This document shows, in pieces, positions 42,013-51,356 of a DNA stretch of 64,000 nt. This stretch comes from Escherichia phage UP19. Position numbers and translations under genes: made by a program. The DNA lies in sequence record OX638288. One strand, 5' to 3'. The notes beneath the pieces were generated by a model. The model was not told the DNA's origin, made no database searches, and saw nothing but the letters and a program-made list of their open reading frames with translations. Position 1 is the stretch's first letter. Each line of letters starts with the position of its first letter.

Positions 42013-42300
42013 ATGTTTATGACCACTTATTTCGATACTCGTAAAAATTTCTGTGAAGTTGTTTTCTCTAAGGCAGGTAAAGATGTTCCTGCTGACAAAC
42101 AGCCTACTCGTGAATCCATTAAGGCCTATGCTGATGTGGTTTGTCCAGTAGAATTCCGTACAGTCAATGGTCGTGACACCCTAGCAATCACTAAGCTCAA
42201 CCGCGATATTAACATCGACCCAAGTGTCGCCCGCGAAGTCAATACTTCTGACATCTACGGCGGTAATGTTAAATCACATGGATTTCAGATGAGGTTCTAA
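42013..42300 (+). CDS. hypothetical protein
   Basis: ATG after hairpin GGAGGC-TTCG-GCCTCC plus GAGGAAA ribosome-binding site; ORF track 41980. Confidence 0.5.
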   Translation: MFMTTYFDTRKNFCEVVFSKAGKDVPADKQPTRESIKAYADVVCPVEFRTVNGRDTLAITKLNRDINIDPSVAREVNTSDIYGGNVKSHGFQMRF

Positions 42301-42494
42301 TGCAACTATTCTTATCACAAACCGTTCAGTTAAAAGGTATAGGTATTCCTGGTATGATTTCAAAGGTTCTACCTGCTTTTAAAATTAACGGTAAAGTAAT
42401 TAAAGAAGCCTATGCAGTCCTGTGGGTCGACGGAACTGAAGACGTGCGCATGGGTTCTGAATTGTCTGTAATCAAATGTTTGAAGCGAGGATAA
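42300..42494 (+). CDS. hypothetical protein
   Basis: 64 aa ORF. Confidence 0.4.
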   Translation: MQLFLSQTVQLKGIGIPGMISKVLPAFKINGKVIKEAYAVLWVDGTEDVRMGSELSVIKCLKRG

Positions 42495-42495
42495 T

Positions 42496-42711
42496 ATGGT
42501 CAAGAAACTGATTCAGAAATTGTTAGGTACGGAAATGGTTGAAGTGACTTATCGTGTGACTGATGTTTCTCCTCATACGGCGGACCATTTAGAACCTTAT
42601 ATCATGACAATTAAAATGCCTAAACATGACGGTGGTTTATCCATTGAAGACCGACTGCCTGGTTATGGTTATTGGGCTGATGTCGAAATTATAAGTGTCA
42701 AAGATGTCTGA
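42496..42711 (+). CDS. hypothetical protein
   Basis: 71 aa ORF. Confidence 0.45.
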   Translation: MVKKLIQKLLGTEMVEVTYRVTDVSPHTADHLEPYIMTIKMPKHDGGLSIEDRLPGYGYWADVEIISVKDV

Positions 42712-43162
42712 GTTAGAAATTAGAAGTAACTTTCCGTGGCCATCATGCGCATTAAGTAACTTTGCTAAATGGCCATTCGTTATGGATGGTATCCAATTTG
42801 GTGGACTCGAAGGATTCCTCCAAGGGTGTAAGGTGAAAAATGTTGAACAACAAAGACGTATATTTAGGATGTCCGGGTTAGACGCGCAAAAAGCTGGACG
42901 AGCTTATGCTAGGGCTCAGGACCGTGGCACGTTGTTCTGGCTTGGGACCCCGTTTTCAAGATATTCCGAAGCATGGAAAGAGCTTTACGAAAGTGCGTAT
43001 TTTGAAGCAGCACTCCAGAACAAAGGATTCCGAGAAGCTTTACAAGCCACTAAAGGTAAGGTTTTAAAGCATTCAATGGCAAGCCACCTCAAAGAATGTG
43101 ATACAATACTAACTGAAAAAGAGTTTATCGACATCCTAAACAAATTGAGAGATTTATTATGA
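42704..43162 (+). CDS. NADAR / YbiA-like (DUF1768) domain protein
   Basis: ..LSNFAKWPFVMDGIQF..LEGFLQGCKV.. resembles E. coli YbiA ..FSNFAAWPIKVDGKTW..SEHYFQAQKF..; start ATG overlapping upstream stop (ORF track GTG 42695). Confidence 0.55.
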   Translation: MSELEIRSNFPWPSCALSNFAKWPFVMDGIQFGGLEGFLQGCKVKNVEQQRRIFRMSGLDAQKAGRAYARAQDRGTLFWLGTPFSRYSEAWKELYESAYFEAALQNKGFREALQATKGKVLKHSMASHLKECDTILTEKEFIDILNKLRDLL

Positions 43163-43797
43163 AACCAGTTATCTTAACAGATATCGATGGAGTATGTTTA
43201 AGTTGGCAGTCCGGCTTGCCTTATTTCGCACAGAAATATAATTTGCCTTTAGAACATATTTTGAATATGATTCAGGACGAACGTTTCTTATCTCCAGGCG
43301 AACTGTTTAATTGTGACGACGAATTAGGCGCACGTTTAATCGAGAAATATAACCAGTCAGATTTTATTCGTTATCTGTCACCTTACATGGACGCATTAAA
43401 ACACATCAACAAGCTCAAAAAAGACTTCGATTTTGTAGCTGTGACTGCGCTAGGTGACTCAATCGATGCTCTGCTGAATAGACAATTCAATTTGAATGCT
43501 TTGTTCCCTGGCGCATTCAAGGAGATTCTGATGTGTGGTCATTCAGAATCAAAAGAAGACCTGTTCATAAGAGCTAAAAATACGTACGGCAAACGCATTA
43601 AGTTTTATGTTGATGATTTGGCCCACCACTGTGATGCCGCATCTAATATTCTCATGGATATCCAAGTCTATTGGTTAGCCCGTGGTGAACGCGACTTTAA
43701 ACCTAATTTAGCTGTAAAGGTTAATTCATGGGACGATATTGCAGCTATAGAATCCCTTCGTAATAATGCGGCCGTTGAATGGATTGCACGAGGTTAA
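43159..43797 (+). CDS. HAD-superfamily hydrolase (phosphatase / nucleotidase-like)
   Basis: N-terminal DxDGV motif (ILTDIDGV); 212 aa. Confidence 0.55.
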   Translation: MKPVILTDIDGVCLSWQSGLPYFAQKYNLPLEHILNMIQDERFLSPGELFNCDDELGARLIEKYNQSDFIRYLSPYMDALKHINKLKKDFDFVAVTALGDSIDALLNRQFNLNALFPGAFKEILMCGHSESKEDLFIRAKNTYGKRIKFYVDDLAHHCDAASNILMDIQVYWLARGERDFKPNLAVKVNSWDDIAAIESLRNNAAVEWIARG

Positions 43798-43798
43798 T

Positions 43799-44062
43799 AT
43801 GTTTGTTGTTCATACAATTACTGACGGAACCCCTAAATCCCATGATTACGGAAACGTTAGACAATTCCTTCGATTGAACCCTGTATATTTCCAAGCCAAA
43901 GATGAAGATATCTTTATCCAATGTGTTCGGCGTGGATTTATGTATGTTACTGAATATGATATTAAAGATAAGCGTATTATTTCGTATCACAAAACTTTAA
44001 ATGAGCTTTTAGATGAAGTAGCTTATAATAGAAGTACACAAACTGTAAGGACGGTAAAATGA
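43799..44062 (+). CDS. hypothetical protein
   Basis: ATG after GAGG; in frame with ORF 43766..44062. Confidence 0.45.
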   Translation: MFVVHTITDGTPKSHDYGNVRQFLRLNPVYFQAKDEDIFIQCVRRGFMYVTEYDIKDKRIISYHKTLNELLDEVAYNRSTQTVRTVK

Positions 44063-45582
44063 TTTTAGATATTTTGAACGAAATTGCGGCTATCGATTCT
44101 ACTAAAGCTAAAGAAGCTATTATTGCTCGTGAAAAGGATAACGAGCTTCTGAAACGTGTTTATCGTATGGCTTATACTCGTCGTCTGAACTACGGTATTA
44201 AAAAGTGGCCAGAACCTGGATTTACGTCTCAATCCTTTGGTATGATTACACTTGAAGACCTTCTTGATTTCGCTGAGTTCACACTAGCCACCCGTAAGAT
44301 TACAGGTAATGCGGCTATTGAAGAACTTGCCCAAATTATTGCAGATGCTAAGGGTCCAGACGCTGAGGTACTACGTCGTGTAATGATGCGCGACCTTGAA
44401 TGTGGCGCATCGATTTCTATTGCTAACAAGGTTTGGAAAGGTTTAATCCCTGAACAACCTCAAATGTTGGCTAGTTCTTATGACGAAGCTTTGATTAAGA
44501 AAAATATTAAATGGCCTGCGTTCGCCCAATTAAAAGCTGACGGTGCCCGTTGTTTTGCTGAAGTTCGTAACGATGGCGTAACATTCCTTACTCGTGGTGG
44601 TAATGAATACCAAGGGCTTAATCTTTTGGCTGCTGAATTAATGGCTATGACCGAAGAAGCTAGACAGCGCCATCCTAATGGTGTTATGATTGACGGCGAA
44701 TTAGTTTACCACACTCCTAAAGTAGAACCTAAAGCGTCTAATGATTTGTTTAGTATGTTTGATGAGGAACTTCCTGAATTAAGTAAAGCCAAGGAATTCC
44801 AAACTGTCGCCGATCGTTCTACTTCAAACGGGCTAGCTAACAAGGCTCTTCAAGGAACTATTACTCCAACCGAAGCCGCAGGTATGGTATTACAGGCGTG
44901 GGATTATGTCCCATTGGATGTCGTATATTCCGAAGGTAAAATTAAAGGCGATAAGTATGATGTACGCTTTGCAGCCTTAGAACTTATGGTTGCTCATAAT
45001 GTCGTATTGCATGGTACAACTCGTGTTGAAGCTATCGAAAACCAGTGGGTTAATAATCTTGACGAAGCTAAAGTCGTTTATAAGAAATATGTCGACCAAG
45101 GCCTGGAAGGTATTATCCTTAAGAACATGGACTCCTACTGGGAAAACCGCCGTTCTAAGAATCTTATCAAGTTCAAAGAAGTAATCGATATCGCTTTAGA
45201 AGTGGTAGGTTATTATGAACACTCTAAAGACCCAAACAAACTTGGTGGTGTCGAGCTAGTATCGCGGTGTCGTCGAATTACATCTGATTGTGGTTCAGGC
45301 TTTAAAGATACCACCCATAAGAAAGATAAATCAGGTAAAAAGGTATTGATTCCATTAGAAGACCGCCCTGATTTAGACCGTGAACTTCTTATGAAACAAG
45401 CTCGTGAAGGTAAGTTGATTGGACGTATTGCTGACTGTGAATGTAATGGTTGGGTTCATTCTAAAGGACGTACTGATACTGTAGGTATTTTCCTTCCAAT
45501 TATTAAAGGTTGGCGTTTCGATAAAACTGAAGCTGATACATTTGAAGATGTATTTAGTGATTGGTCTCAAACTGGACTATAA
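44059..45582 (+). CDS. 30: ATP-dependent DNA ligase gp30
   Basis: 507 aa (T4 ligase 487 aa); adenylation motif I KADGAR. Confidence 0.9.
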   Translation: MILDILNEIAAIDSTKAKEAIIAREKDNELLKRVYRMAYTRRLNYGIKKWPEPGFTSQSFGMITLEDLLDFAEFTLATRKITGNAAIEELAQIIADAKGPDAEVLRRVMMRDLECGASISIANKVWKGLIPEQPQMLASSYDEALIKKNIKWPAFAQLKADGARCFAEVRNDGVTFLTRGGNEYQGLNLLAAELMAMTEEARQRHPNGVMIDGELVYHTPKVEPKASNDLFSMFDEELPELSKAKEFQTVADRSTSNGLANKALQGTITPTEAAGMVLQAWDYVPLDVVYSEGKIKGDKYDVRFAALELMVAHNVVLHGTTRVEAIENQWVNNLDEAKVVYKKYVDQGLEGIILKNMDSYWENRRSKNLIKFKEVIDIALEVVGYYEHSKDPNKLGGVELVSRCRRITSDCGSGFKDTTHKKDKSGKKVLIPLEDRPDLDRELLMKQAREGKLIGRIADCECNGWVHSKGRTDTVGIFLPIIKGWRFDKTEADTFEDVFSDWSQTGL

Positions 45583-45583
45583 T

Positions 45584-45754
45584 ATGAAAGCTTATTTAGA
45601 AACAATTGTTGTAACAAACACAAATAACACTGCGGCCTCTCAAATCATCCTAGAGTTTGAGGATGAAATAGCTTTTGCCGATTTTAAAGACGTGTTTGAC
45701 GGCTATGAAAAAGGCCCGACATTCGAAGTATATCGTACGTTGCTACCACTTTAA
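45584..45754 (+). CDS. hypothetical small protein
   Basis: 56 aa; weak ribosome-binding site. Confidence 0.3.
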   Translation: MKAYLETIVVTNTNNTAASQIILEFEDEIAFADFKDVFDGYEKGPTFEVYRTLLPL

Positions 45755-45771
45755 GGCCTTCGGGCCTTTTA
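45754..45771 (+). terminator. hairpin plus short T-run
   Basis: AGGCC-TTCG-GGCCT TTTT. Confidence 0.45.
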
Positions 45772-45804
45772 TGGCATAAATACGGTTATTAAAGAGGAAT
45801 TATT

Positions 45805-47892
45805 ATGACCGAACAATTGAATGAGGTGTTTGAGTCCGAAGGCACCCTGCCTACTGTAAACTTAAACCCAAAACTTAAAGTACCCCAGATTTGGAAGATT
45901 GGCGACGCCGAATCCCAATTAGTTGCTCGTATGGTATCTTATGCCTCTGAAGGCGATGCTATTAAACAGGTTAAATTAGGTGATAAATATGCCCACGTTA
46001 TTTTGATGAGTTTATCAGCTAAAGGTACTCCAGCCGAACTTAAAGGTGGATTAGGCCTTACTCCTATTGATGCTATTAATACCATTTTCGACGTAGTATT
46101 CGAACAAGTTAAAAAGCTTCGTATGGATGCTGTGATGTTCCGTTTTCCAACCAAGAAAATGAAAGGACAAGGACCTATTGTCCAACGGATTATCCAACGT
46201 TTGGTAGCACAGAAAACCGGTGGACGTTTTAAAGTAGTTCCAGCCATGTACCAATTTACCGGTAAACATACTTATATCCTAGTAGTGCGTAAACAAGCTG
46301 ATATCGAAGATATCAAAGGTATGCCTGGAATTAATGCCGAATTATATACTAAGGTAGATTCTGATGTTGGTGAAGTTTATATTTCTAAAAAAGAAGGCGC
46401 TCAGGTTACTAAAGAAACCGCTATTGCCGGCAGTATTGCTAAAGTTGAAGAACGTCGCACTGATAAAATGGTTATAACCAAGACTAAGATTTCTCGTCGT
46501 GCGATTGCGGCAAGCCAGTCATTAGAAGCAGACCGTAATGAAGGTGAATTATTTCAGAAATATGAACAAACTGCCAATGAGTTCAGTGCGCCTGCTACGG
46601 CGGAATTAATTCCACAAGCAGTCGAAGTTGAATTATCATTATCATCCGAAACAGCTAAGGATAAGCTGGCTACGGCTATTGATTTTAAAATTTATAATAC
46701 TATGGATGATTCATTTAAATTTGCGGATGAAGTTTCTTACGGTGATAAAATTAACTCTTCTTTAGAAAAATTTGTCAAAAAAATTAAAAATGAAAAAACC
46801 ACGTCAGTTAAAGCTTTAGCCGCCTTTGTTGAAGCTGCTAATGAAATCGCAGAATCTATTAAAAGTGATTGGTTTGAAGATTATAGAAAAGACAATTTCC
46901 ATTTGGAAAAAGAGATATTGAATGAAAACAGTGAAAGAGTATGGAAACAACGTAAGTCTTCATTCTTGTCTAAGATAATGTATACATACGCTATAGAATC
47001 AACTAGAGAAATTCTTAATATAACAACATCTCGAGACCCTAAACAATATACACTTGCAGAAAAACGAGCTATCAGAGAATACGCCTCTTCAGCTTATATT
47101 GATATTAACAATGTCCTTCTTGGCCGTTATAAACCGGGCTTTTATGAAGTTTTGGACGAAAGCGAAGTTAAACGTGCTATTGATGGAATGGATTCTGCCT
47201 TTAAAAATGGTGACCGTTTACCTGAAGGAATAATGGTTTATAGAGCACAATCTTTGCGCGCGCCTATCTACGAAGCATTAGTTAAAAATAAGGTATTCTA
47301 TTTTAGAAACTATGTTTCAACCTCATTGGCCCCAATCATTTTTGGTGGCTTTAAAGAGAATGCGGCTATTGGTCTTGCTTCCGATGATGTTCGAAAAGAA
47401 TTAAACATTGATAATAATGACGAAGGCGTTACCATCTCGGCTAGTCAAGTGCGTACACATATGTATGCGCCGGATCAAATCCGTGTTGATGTTGGCTGGG
47501 CTATTAGTGGCGCTCATAAGGTTAACGTGATTTATCCTGGCCAATTAAGCATGCATGCCAACGAAAAGGAAATAATTTTACCACGCGGGCTACTTGTAAA
47601 AATAGATAAAATCGTGGATGCATCAGCCAATACTGGTTCTGGGGCGGTGTCTAACAATAAATTTATTCAAGCTGAAGTTATGACATCAGATGAGCTTCAA
47701 GAATCTGTAGTGTATGATGGTGACGTACTAATGGAAACCGGCGAGTTGGTTGTGTATCAAGATGATTTCGATACTTCCGAAAGCCCTGTATCTTTTGATT
47801 CATTTGTTAAATCTACACGGTTTGATGTACTGCCTCTTTTGGCTTCATGCATAGACCTCTATGGCATCCCAGAAAAATTCATCCAAGGGTAA
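45805..47892 (+). CDS. alt: Alt-like ADP-ribosyltransferase (head-packaged), paralog 1
   Basis: 695 aa (T4 Alt 682 aa); ...ELYTKVDSDVGEVYISKK.GAQVTKE.AIAGSIA... and ...FYFRNYVSTSLAPIIFGG... match recalled T4 Alt; R / S-T-S / E-x-E catalytic motif pattern. Confidence 0.85.
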   Translation: MTEQLNEVFESEGTLPTVNLNPKLKVPQIWKIGDAESQLVARMVSYASEGDAIKQVKLGDKYAHVILMSLSAKGTPAELKGGLGLTPIDAINTIFDVVFEQVKKLRMDAVMFRFPTKKMKGQGPIVQRIIQRLVAQKTGGRFKVVPAMYQFTGKHTYILVVRKQADIEDIKGMPGINAELYTKVDSDVGEVYISKKEGAQVTKETAIAGSIAKVEERRTDKMVITKTKISRRAIAASQSLEADRNEGELFQKYEQTANEFSAPATAELIPQAVEVELSLSSETAKDKLATAIDFKIYNTMDDSFKFADEVSYGDKINSSLEKFVKKIKNEKTTSVKALAAFVEAANEIAESIKSDWFEDYRKDNFHLEKEILNENSERVWKQRKSSFLSKIMYTYAIESTREILNITTSRDPKQYTLAEKRAIREYASSAYIDINNVLLGRYKPGFYEVLDESEVKRAIDGMDSAFKNGDRLPEGIMVYRAQSLRAPIYEALVKNKVFYFRNYVSTSLAPIIFGGFKENAAIGLASDDVRKELNIDNNDEGVTISASQVRTHMYAPDQIRVDVGWAISGAHKVNVIYPGQLSMHANEKEIILPRGLLVKIDKIVDASANTGSGAVSNNKFIQAEVMTSDELQESVVYDGDVLMETGELVVYQDDFDTSESPVSFDSFVKSTRFDVLPLLASCIDLYGIPEKFIQG

Positions 47893-47895
47893 ATA

Positions 47896-50019
47896 ATGGA
47901 AAATTTAAACGAGGTTTTTGATAGTGATTCCGCTAAAAACTATCCAGTAACAAATCTTAAACCAGGTTCCGGTATTCCACAGATTTTCTCTATCCAAGCA
48001 CCAGGTAATGATAATCTGGTTGCTCGTATGGTATCTTATGCGTCTCAAGGAGACGCTATTAAAATGGTTAAGCCTGGCGACAAATACGTTCATGTTATTT
48101 TGATGAGTTTGTCTAGCAAGGGTGCTCCGGCTGAACTCAAAGGTGGCCTTGGTTCTGACCCACTTGGTACACTGAATACTATTTTCGATACTGTATACGA
48201 ACAAGTAAACAAACTTAAAATGGATGCAGTTTTGTTCCGTTTCCCTACCAAGAAAATGAAAGGTAAGGGTCCTACCGTTCAGCGTGTATTAGCTCGTTTG
48301 GTGATGGCACGTACCGGTGGTAAGTTTAAAGTTGTCGATGATATGTTCCAGTTTAGTGGTAAACATACATACGTTCTTTTAGTACGTCGTGGTTCTAATA
48401 TCGAAGATATCAAGGGTATGCCTGAAATTGATGCCGATCTTTATACCAAGGTTGAGTCTAAAGTTGGCGAAGTTTATGTTTCTAAGAAAACAGGCCAGGC
48501 CGTAAGTAAGGTCGAAGCCGTAGCGGCATCTATCGCCCAGGTTGAAGAAAAACGTACCGATAAGGCTGTCATCTCTCGTACTAAGATTTCCCGTCGTATG
48601 GCTGCAGCAGCGCAGTATTCTACTTCCGAACCTGAAACTTTATCCCCTAAAGAATTGCAGGTTTATAATGAGTTTGAAGCTTCTGTACCTGTTCATTCGG
48701 CTGAAGGTCCTGAGAACGAAGGTATTGAACAGATTAGCCAGAACTTTAAAAAAGGTGCTATTACTAAAATGCGTCAGGCCTCTCAGTTTAAATCTAAGAG
48801 TGAGGACCTTGCCAACTTTAGATACACCATTGCTCTCACGCACGCTTTAATGACTGATAGTAAATTTAAACTAAATTATGCTAATAGAGATAAACAAGGG
48901 TTTGAAATTTACTCTAATAATATGGCATTTTTTAATACAGAAGTCGATAGACTTTTAAGTGGCCTTTCTCAAATCAATACTACCAATAGTCTGGATATTA
49001 TTAAGAGAATTGTTAATAACCTGAGCGCCCGTTTTCAGGGATCTCCTTCAGAGAAAGCATCCCGAATTGCTTTCGCTATGGAAGCCGTTTATAAACTGAT
49101 TAACGATTCTATTGGCGATGCGTATGCTTATTCAGGTGAGCTCATTAAACCTAAGGGCTTGACTAAAGACGAAAGCAATGCTATTATTGAATATTGCGCA
49201 GCTGAATATGCTCCTATGAACTTATTCCTTTTAGGTAAACCTGAATCCGAAAACAATACAACGGCTATTAAATTGATTAAGGATTTAGACTCAGCATTTA
49301 CTAAGGGTATTAAACTCCCTAAGGGTACTATTTTGTATCGTGGTCAGGATTTGCCATACAAAATTCTGCGTCATAATATCGATAACAAAACATTTTACTT
49401 TAAGAACTTTGTGTCAGCCTCATTAAAGCCTAACATCTTTGGTGAATTCGGTAAAAATTATATGGCCCTCGACAACCAAGCCGTTTTTGTTGGTGGTGAA
49501 GGTTCTTTATCCTCCGCTGATGAGTTGTTTAAATTGGCTAGTGGTAGTTCATCTGATGTGGGTGAAGTCGATGACGAAGAGGTAGAATGGGAAGAAGACG
49601 AGTTTGGTAATCCAATTGCACCTGAAGGCCCTGCAGACAGGATTGCTGAAATCGGTATGGTTATTCGAGGTGCTGAAGCAGTTAAAGTTATCGCTCCTGG
49701 CGACCTTACAGAATATGCTGAAGAAGCAGAAATTATCCTTCCGCGTGGATTATTGATGAAGGTTGATAAAGTAGCGGCTTTTGCTATGAATGATAGGGTA
49801 TCTCACAAATACCTTATGGAAGCTACAGTGACGTCTCCTTCAGAACTCAGTGAATCCGTTTACGATGGCGACCATCTGATGGAAACTGGCGAAGTTAAAT
49901 TGATGAATGGGTTTAAAGAATTCCTAGTTTCAGAATCTGTTTCAGAAAGTAATGAGGCTATGGAAATCCTTGCTGCATCTTTGGACATCTCTTCTTTATC
50001 AAATAAATTCAAAATGTAG
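47896..50019 (+). CDS. Alt-like ADP-ribosyltransferase, paralog 2 (divergent)
   Basis: 707 aa; N-terminal ~230 aa similar to paralog 1; C-terminal ...FYFKNFVSASLKPNIFGEF... and ...EEAEIILPRG...; divergent middle. Confidence 0.8.
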   Translation: MENLNEVFDSDSAKNYPVTNLKPGSGIPQIFSIQAPGNDNLVARMVSYASQGDAIKMVKPGDKYVHVILMSLSSKGAPAELKGGLGSDPLGTLNTIFDTVYEQVNKLKMDAVLFRFPTKKMKGKGPTVQRVLARLVMARTGGKFKVVDDMFQFSGKHTYVLLVRRGSNIEDIKGMPEIDADLYTKVESKVGEVYVSKKTGQAVSKVEAVAASIAQVEEKRTDKAVISRTKISRRMAAAAQYSTSEPETLSPKELQVYNEFEASVPVHSAEGPENEGIEQISQNFKKGAITKMRQASQFKSKSEDLANFRYTIALTHALMTDSKFKLNYANRDKQGFEIYSNNMAFFNTEVDRLLSGLSQINTTNSLDIIKRIVNNLSARFQGSPSEKASRIAFAMEAVYKLINDSIGDAYAYSGELIKPKGLTKDESNAIIEYCAAEYAPMNLFLLGKPESENNTTAIKLIKDLDSAFTKGIKLPKGTILYRGQDLPYKILRHNIDNKTFYFKNFVSASLKPNIFGEFGKNYMALDNQAVFVGGEGSLSSADELFKLASGSSSDVGEVDDEEVEWEEDEFGNPIAPEGPADRIAEIGMVIRGAEAVKVIAPGDLTEYAEEAEIILPRGLLMKVDKVAAFAMNDRVSHKYLMEATVTSPSELSESVYDGDHLMETGEVKLMNGFKEFLVSESVSESNEAMEILAASLDISSLSNKFKM

Positions 50020-50048
50020 TTTACAACACCACAAGGATGTGGTACTAT
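50019..50048 (+). promoter_or_regulatory. early-type promoter in hairpin
   Basis: GTTTACAACACCACAAGGATGTGGTACTATTA. Confidence 0.45.
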
Positions 50049-50076
50049 TACCTTACACAAACATGAGGAGAACATT

Positions 50077-50367
50077 ATGAAATCTGCATTCCGTTTTAAT
50101 GGTCAGGAACTGGTAGTTGAAAACGTTATCCCTGCTTCTGAAGAGTTCGACAGTGCAGTCGGTAATGAATTACGTCGAGTTTTCGGCGAAGACAAACAGT
50201 TCGACTTACGTCCGGTTGAAAATTTTTCACAACCTGAGCAAACCGAAAATATCTTTAATGGCGTAGTAACCGGTCAGCTTGAATCTGAAGCTCCTATTTC
50301 TATCACAGTCTTTGTTAAAAAGCAACCACTAATGACCGCAGCAGGTTTTATCTCGTTCCGTAAATAA
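50077..50367 (+). CDS. hypothetical protein
   Basis: 96 aa ORF with GAGGAGAA ribosome-binding site. Confidence 0.5.
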   Translation: MKSAFRFNGQELVVENVIPASEEFDSAVGNELRRVFGEDKQFDLRPVENFSQPEQTENIFNGVVTGQLESEAPISITVFVKKQPLMTAAGFISFRK

Positions 50368-50373
50368 ACCCCT

Positions 50374-50402
50374 AAAGGAGAGCGTAAGCTCTCCTTTTTT
50401 TG
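50374..50402 (+). terminator. intrinsic terminator
   Basis: GGAGAGC-GTAA-GCTCTCC followed by TTTTTTT. Confidence 0.8.
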
Positions 50403-51356
50403 TTATAACAACCTGGATATTCCATTATTAATAGCACGCCCACCAAACGTATTAACCAATCCGGTCAATCCACTAGAAGCTCCTGAAAGTCTACTTAATT
50501 TAGCTACAGAAGAACTTAATGAGTTACTCTCACTTATGCCTGCTACGCCTTTAAGGACTTTATCTTCCAGCCATTCATAAGCAGCTTGTTTACCAACTGC
50601 ACCCGTCTGTACACTTCTATAAGCAAATGTAACATCAAACGAAGCAATCTGGTTATCGCCATCATAAGATAATTCCGGCGATGAAACACCTACAGGAACA
50701 CATCCATTAAGCATTACTACTGTATGTGGCAATCCATTACGAGAATGAAGGTTGACTTGGATGTCAGCTTCAACATCTTCAGGCAATGCTCTTAATTGTG
50801 TAATAGGGTCTTGGACACTATTGACCCAATCATTAAAAGCACGGTAGTTGGCAGCTTCAGAATCCATGCGGAAGCTTAATACCAATGGAGAATATTCTCT
50901 TCCGGTAATTTTGATATTAGGCGAGTTGTGGTTCAAATCCATTTCATAGTTCAAAGTATTATCCGGAATTTTAACGGCATGGACTAAAAGACCCGCCGTA
51001 GGATAAGCCATATTGAAAAAATCCATCAGATATGTACCTACTTCAAACTCACCTAGTAAGCTCTGCACAACCCTGGATGACATAGCTCCAATCAGATATT
51101 TACTTATACCTGACTTACGAATCAACTTCTGAGTGCCCGCTGTCACTAATGTCGTAACACCTTGGGTTAAATCTCCTTGGGTAATTCCAAACAAATCGGT
51201 ATTCAACGGGATATTGTTAAATAAAGCTCCACCGAACTGGTCGAGGAGCGCTTGGGATTTAGAAGAAGGAACTGTAGCAAATACTACACTAAACAGGTTA
51301 TTCCTTTGTAGGTCAATATTAATTGCCTGGTTTTGAAATTCTTGTAAAGTATACAT
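50403..51356 (-). CDS. 54: gp54 baseplate tail-tube initiator
   Basis: 317 aa (T4 gp54 320 aa); synteny 51-27-28-29-48-54. Confidence 0.8.
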   Translation of the reverse strand: MYTLQEFQNQAINIDLQRNNLFSVVFATVPSSKSQALLDQFGGALFNNIPLNTDLFGITQGDLTQGVTTLVTAGTQKLIRKSGISKYLIGAMSSRVVQSLLGEFEVGTYLMDFFNMAYPTAGLLVHAVKIPDNTLNYEMDLNHNSPNIKITGREYSPLVLSFRMDSEAANYRAFNDWVNSVQDPITQLRALPEDVEADIQVNLHSRNGLPHTVVMLNGCVPVGVSSPELSYDGDNQIASFDVTFAYRSVQTGAVGKQAAYEWLEDKVLKGVAGISESNSLSSSVAKLSRLSGASSGLTGLVNTFGGRAINNGISRLL

